Of a stretch of DNA of 40,871 nucleotides, positions 38,136-40,871 are shown piece after piece. Numbering within the stretch: position 1 is the first letter of the stretch; every line of letters begins with the position of its first letter. The notes beneath the pieces were generated by a model. It did not search any database, was not told the DNA's origin, and saw only the letters and a program-made list of their open reading frames with translations. Source of the DNA: Flavobacteriales bacterium (GTDB lineage: Bacteria; Bacteroidota; Bacteroidia; NS11-12g; UBA955); contig CANHCW010000003.1 in assembly GCA_947459165.1 (NCBI GenBank), positions 1-40,871 of the forward strand, in the 5' to 3' direction. The translations under genes were made by a program, and so were the position numbers.

Positions 38136-38546
38136 ATGAGCAAGAATGAGAATGAGTTGGCGCACACCGTCATTGGCCTGGCAATTGAAGTTCACAGAAT
38201 TCTGGGACCCGGATTTCACAAAGCTGTATATAAGGAATGTTTGAAACATGAATTTTCTGAGAGTGGATTAAAAGCCAGTTTTGATATTCATGTTCCAATT
38301 GCTTATAAAGACAAGACTATCGAGTCTGCTCACTACATCGATTGTATTGTAGAAGACCGCCTGCTGCTTAAGTTTGAAACCGTTGAACAAATTCCCGAAG
38401 TTACGGTCAACGCGATAGTCAAAACACTAAGGCAAGGGCAATTTAAACTGGGTTTAATTATCAACTTCCACTCTCCCCTGCTGAAAAACGGCATTCGTAG
38501 AATTAACAACAGAACCGGAGAAAACGAAGCCAACGACAGCCATTAA
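38136..38546 (+). CDS. GxxExxY family protein, degenerate
   Basis: IGLAIEVHRILGPG, VPIAYK, LGLIINF, NGIRRI; signature reads GFHKAVY and the usual VELK reads LKFE. Confidence 0.85.
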   Translation: MSKNENELAHTVIGLAIEVHRILGPGFHKAVYKECLKHEFSESGLKASFDIHVPIAYKDKTIESAHYIDCIVEDRLLLKFETVEQIPEVTVNAIVKTLRQGQFKLGLIINFHSPLLKNGIRRINNRTGENEANDSH

Positions 38547-38574
38547 GAGGTTGTTATTTGCTTAGTTTTGCTCA

Positions 38575-39018
38575 ATGACCGGACCATTCAATTTAAGAGT
38601 TTACGCCATTTACATTGAGGACGGCGCTGTTCTTTTAAGCGCCGAAACAACAGAAAATTTATCATTCACAAAGTTTCCCGGCGGCGGAATTGAGCCTGGC
38701 GAGGGCATTACAGATGCTTTGAAAAGAGAGATTGCAGAAGAACTAAAAGTCGAACTAACCGAATTCAAGTTTTACTTCGTGAATGAATTTCATCAGCCCA
38801 GCGCATTTCAACCCGGACAGCAAATAATTTCATTTTATTATTTGGTTAATTTCTCTGCGAAACCTGCATTAAAAGTATTTACAGAAACCCGATGGGATAA
38901 AGACTTTGAGGTAAATTTTTATTTCAGGAAACTGGACGACTTGCACACAGATGAGTTGACATTTCCCATAGACAAAGTGGTAATTGAGAAGCTCAAACAG
39001 GATTATCTAAGCAAATGA
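38575..39018 (+). CDS. NUDIX hydrolase
   Basis: Nudix box GGGIEPGEGITDALKREIAEEL; 16-bp convergent overlap with the next gene. Confidence 0.92.
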   Translation: MTGPFNLRVYAIYIEDGAVLLSAETTENLSFTKFPGGGIEPGEGITDALKREIAEELKVELTEFKFYFVNEFHQPSAFQPGQQIISFYYLVNFSAKPALKVFTETRWDKDFEVNFYFRKLDDLHTDELTFPIDKVVIEKLKQDYLSK

Positions 39019-40871
39019 AACGAACCATACATGCTACGGCGCACATTGTCGCAACCAATCCATGTGGCCAGGTAAACATAGGCGCCCTCCGGTGCATCTA
39101 CGCCGTTAATTTTGCCATCCCAATTGATATTCGGACTATTCAAATCAGCCAGTTTTTCGCCCCAGCGGTTGTACAATTTCACATTGTAAAATGAGTTCAA
39201 GGCAGGAAACTTGTTCATGGGATAAAAATCGTTGATTCCATTTCCGTCCGGTGTAAATGCATTGGGCATAAACAATAGAGATGGATACAGATCGCCCCTT
39301 TTTTCTATTCTTATTGTATCGCTTCCCTTACAGCCTTCATTATCGGTAACCATTACCCAAAAAGTTCCGGGATCATCGGCCAACCAAGTCTGATTGCGCC
39401 CGCCTGTATTCCAAATATAGGAACGGTATCCTGGACCCGCATTCAGTGTAGGGTGAACTGAAAGACATAACAAGGTATCATTACCCAGATTGATTCTTGG
39501 GTTGGGGAACAGAAATACATTCAGCGAATCGGATTCAGGACAGCCGAATCGATTCACCACTGAAATTCTCACTTTTCCGGGTTTATTCAATCTAAAAGAG
39601 AAAGCGGGAACTTCGGAATTCCAAACAACCGATTGAAAATCATTTCTGGGAGCCAACAACACTGTATCTATTCGTTCACAAAAGCGTAAATCGGGACCTA
39701 GGGAAAGGGTTGAAGGATGATTCTTCAATTCGAATGTATCGCGAGTGCTACACAATCCACTGGTTACTCTTACAAAGTAAATTCCAGGAGTCGTAAGGTT
39801 AACCTGGGGTGTTGTAGCGCCGTTGCTCCATAAGGTTGAAGTGGCTCCAGGATTTTGGTTGTCGAAAGTAACAGCCACACCGGGACAAACCGTGGTATCG
39901 CGAATATTGACAAAAATTGGAGAAAACCGGTTGATGGTGGCGGTATCCTTGGAAATACAACCGTTGATGGTTGTGCCGGTAACAATGTAATTCCCGGAAG
40001 TGTTCACAGTAATTGTCCTGGAAGTAGCACCGGTACTCCAGTTGTAGGAAGCCAGTCCGGCTGTGGCCGATAAGGTTCTTGTGAAAGCTTCATCACTGCA
40101 ATAAAGGGTGTCCCCAAATGCCCTTACTTTGGTTCTGTCCACATCGAGTCGCATTGTATCGCGCCATTTGCAAATATTCACAGTTACCTCTACCCAATAT
40201 AGACCCGGATTGGAAACAGTAATAGATTTGCTCGATTGACCTGTGCTCCACAAGTAGGCATCTCCGCTGATATCGCAGGTAAGATTGAGGCTTCTTCCTT
40301 CGCAAATGGTTGTATCACTTTTCAGATTGGGCTTTTTGGGTTCAAGAATTTCAATTTCCTGTGTAAAGGTATCCGAGCATTTGCTTCGCCAGGCAATCAA
40401 ACGAACTTTGTATTTTCCTGCTGCCGGGAAATTGTAGGTTGGCTGTGCCAGGTTGGATGTATCGGAATTGATTCCACTTACACCAAAATCCCACTGATAT
40501 CGCTGCCCCCCAAAACTGGTGTTTCTAAACTGCAGGGTGTAACCGCATACCAAGGTTGGGGCAAAGTATGAAGCCACCACATCAATAACACAATTCTGAA
40601 CATTGAACTGATAATCGCGCCGTGTTTCTGAAATCAAAACGCCACGGCGAAACTCCCTAACGCGAATTCCAACAACAAACTGTCCGGCCCGCGTTGGCGT
40701 GAGGGTAAGAAATCCCGATTTAGGATCAATGCTCAGGGCAGGGTTTCCGTCAATGGGGTTGTTTTGGTTGTACCCACCTGCCCAAGTTATTTGGGAGAAA
40801 GGCGGATTTTCCAAAAAACCATTACCAAAAGTATTATCGGGACGCGGGTCGTTTTGATTTCCTCCGGTATA
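39003..40871 (-). CDS. Large secreted PKD/Ig-repeat protein with T9SS type B (gliding-motility-associated) CTD, 5'-partial
   Basis: Frame is open to the window edge; PKD YQWDFG, repeated YxWSTG / DTTxC modules, CTD MPNAFTPDGNGIND...YNRWG...WDG...GAYVY...LLR. Confidence 0.92.
   Translation of the reverse strand, partial: YTGGNQNDPRPDNTFGNGFLENPPFSQITWAGGYNQNNPIDGNPALSIDPKSGFLTLTPTRAGQFVVGIRVREFRRGVLISETRRDYQFNVQNCVIDVVASYFAPTLVCGYTLQFRNTSFGGQRYQWDFGVSGINSDTSNLAQPTYNFPAAGKYKVRLIAWRSKCSDTFTQEIEILEPKKPNLKSDTTICEGRSLNLTCDISGDAYLWSTGQSSKSITVSNPGLYWVEVTVNICKWRDTMRLDVDRTKVRAFGDTLYCSDEAFTRTLSATAGLASYNWSTGATSRTITVNTSGNYIVTGTTINGCISKDTATINRFSPIFVNIRDTTVCPGVAVTFDNQNPGATSTLWSNGATTPQVNLTTPGIYFVRVTSGLCSTRDTFELKNHPSTLSLGPDLRFCERIDTVLLAPRNDFQSVVWNSEVPAFSFRLNKPGKVRISVVNRFGCPESDSLNVFLFPNPRINLGNDTLLCLSVHPTLNAGPGYRSYIWNTGGRNQTWLADDPGTFWVMVTDNEGCKGSDTIRIEKRGDLYPSLLFMPNAFTPDGNGINDFYPMNKFPALNSFYNVKLYNRWGEKLADLNSPNINWDGKINGVDAPEGAYVYLATWIGCDNVRRSMYGSFHLLR

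Noticed and set aside
1-40871. tRNA, rRNA, IS, integrase or prophage genes
   Set aside because: None recognised; intergenic gaps are short and no transposase/integrase motifs appear in the ORF track.

Overview
Chromosomal segment of a Bacteroidota bacterium (TAnnTT(T/C)G -7 promoters, T9SS cargo proteins, short Bacteroidetes-type NuoG). Mostly housekeeping: miaE-like, rpiB, tatC, fabG, recG, mlaE/mlaF, parA/parB, nuoA-H, mltG, dapB, lepB, ald-like, mltD, purN, cystathionine lyase, trxA, pyrC. Small accessory modules are interspersed. Most notable: (1) an intergenic RNA at ~8818-9003 with the full SAM-binding core of SAM-I-clan riboswitches (SAM-I/IV-like, minimal P2, no P4, a swapped P3 base pair) and a readable terminator/antiterminator switch, upstream of lipid-transport genes mlaE-mlaF rather than methionine genes; (2) an AAA_14/DUF4143 ATPase-nuclease preceded by three 32-bp palindromic tandem repeats overlapping its promoter and followed by a long hairpin with 10-bp direct repeats; (3) a patatin + multi-TM protein + unknown protein operon; (4) a REP-like/8-mer repeat patch between lepB and ald; (5) a CxxCH-bearing Reeler-T9SS protein divergent from a split nuo operon; (6) many apparently leaderless genes. 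All calls come from reading motifs by eye; no searches were run.
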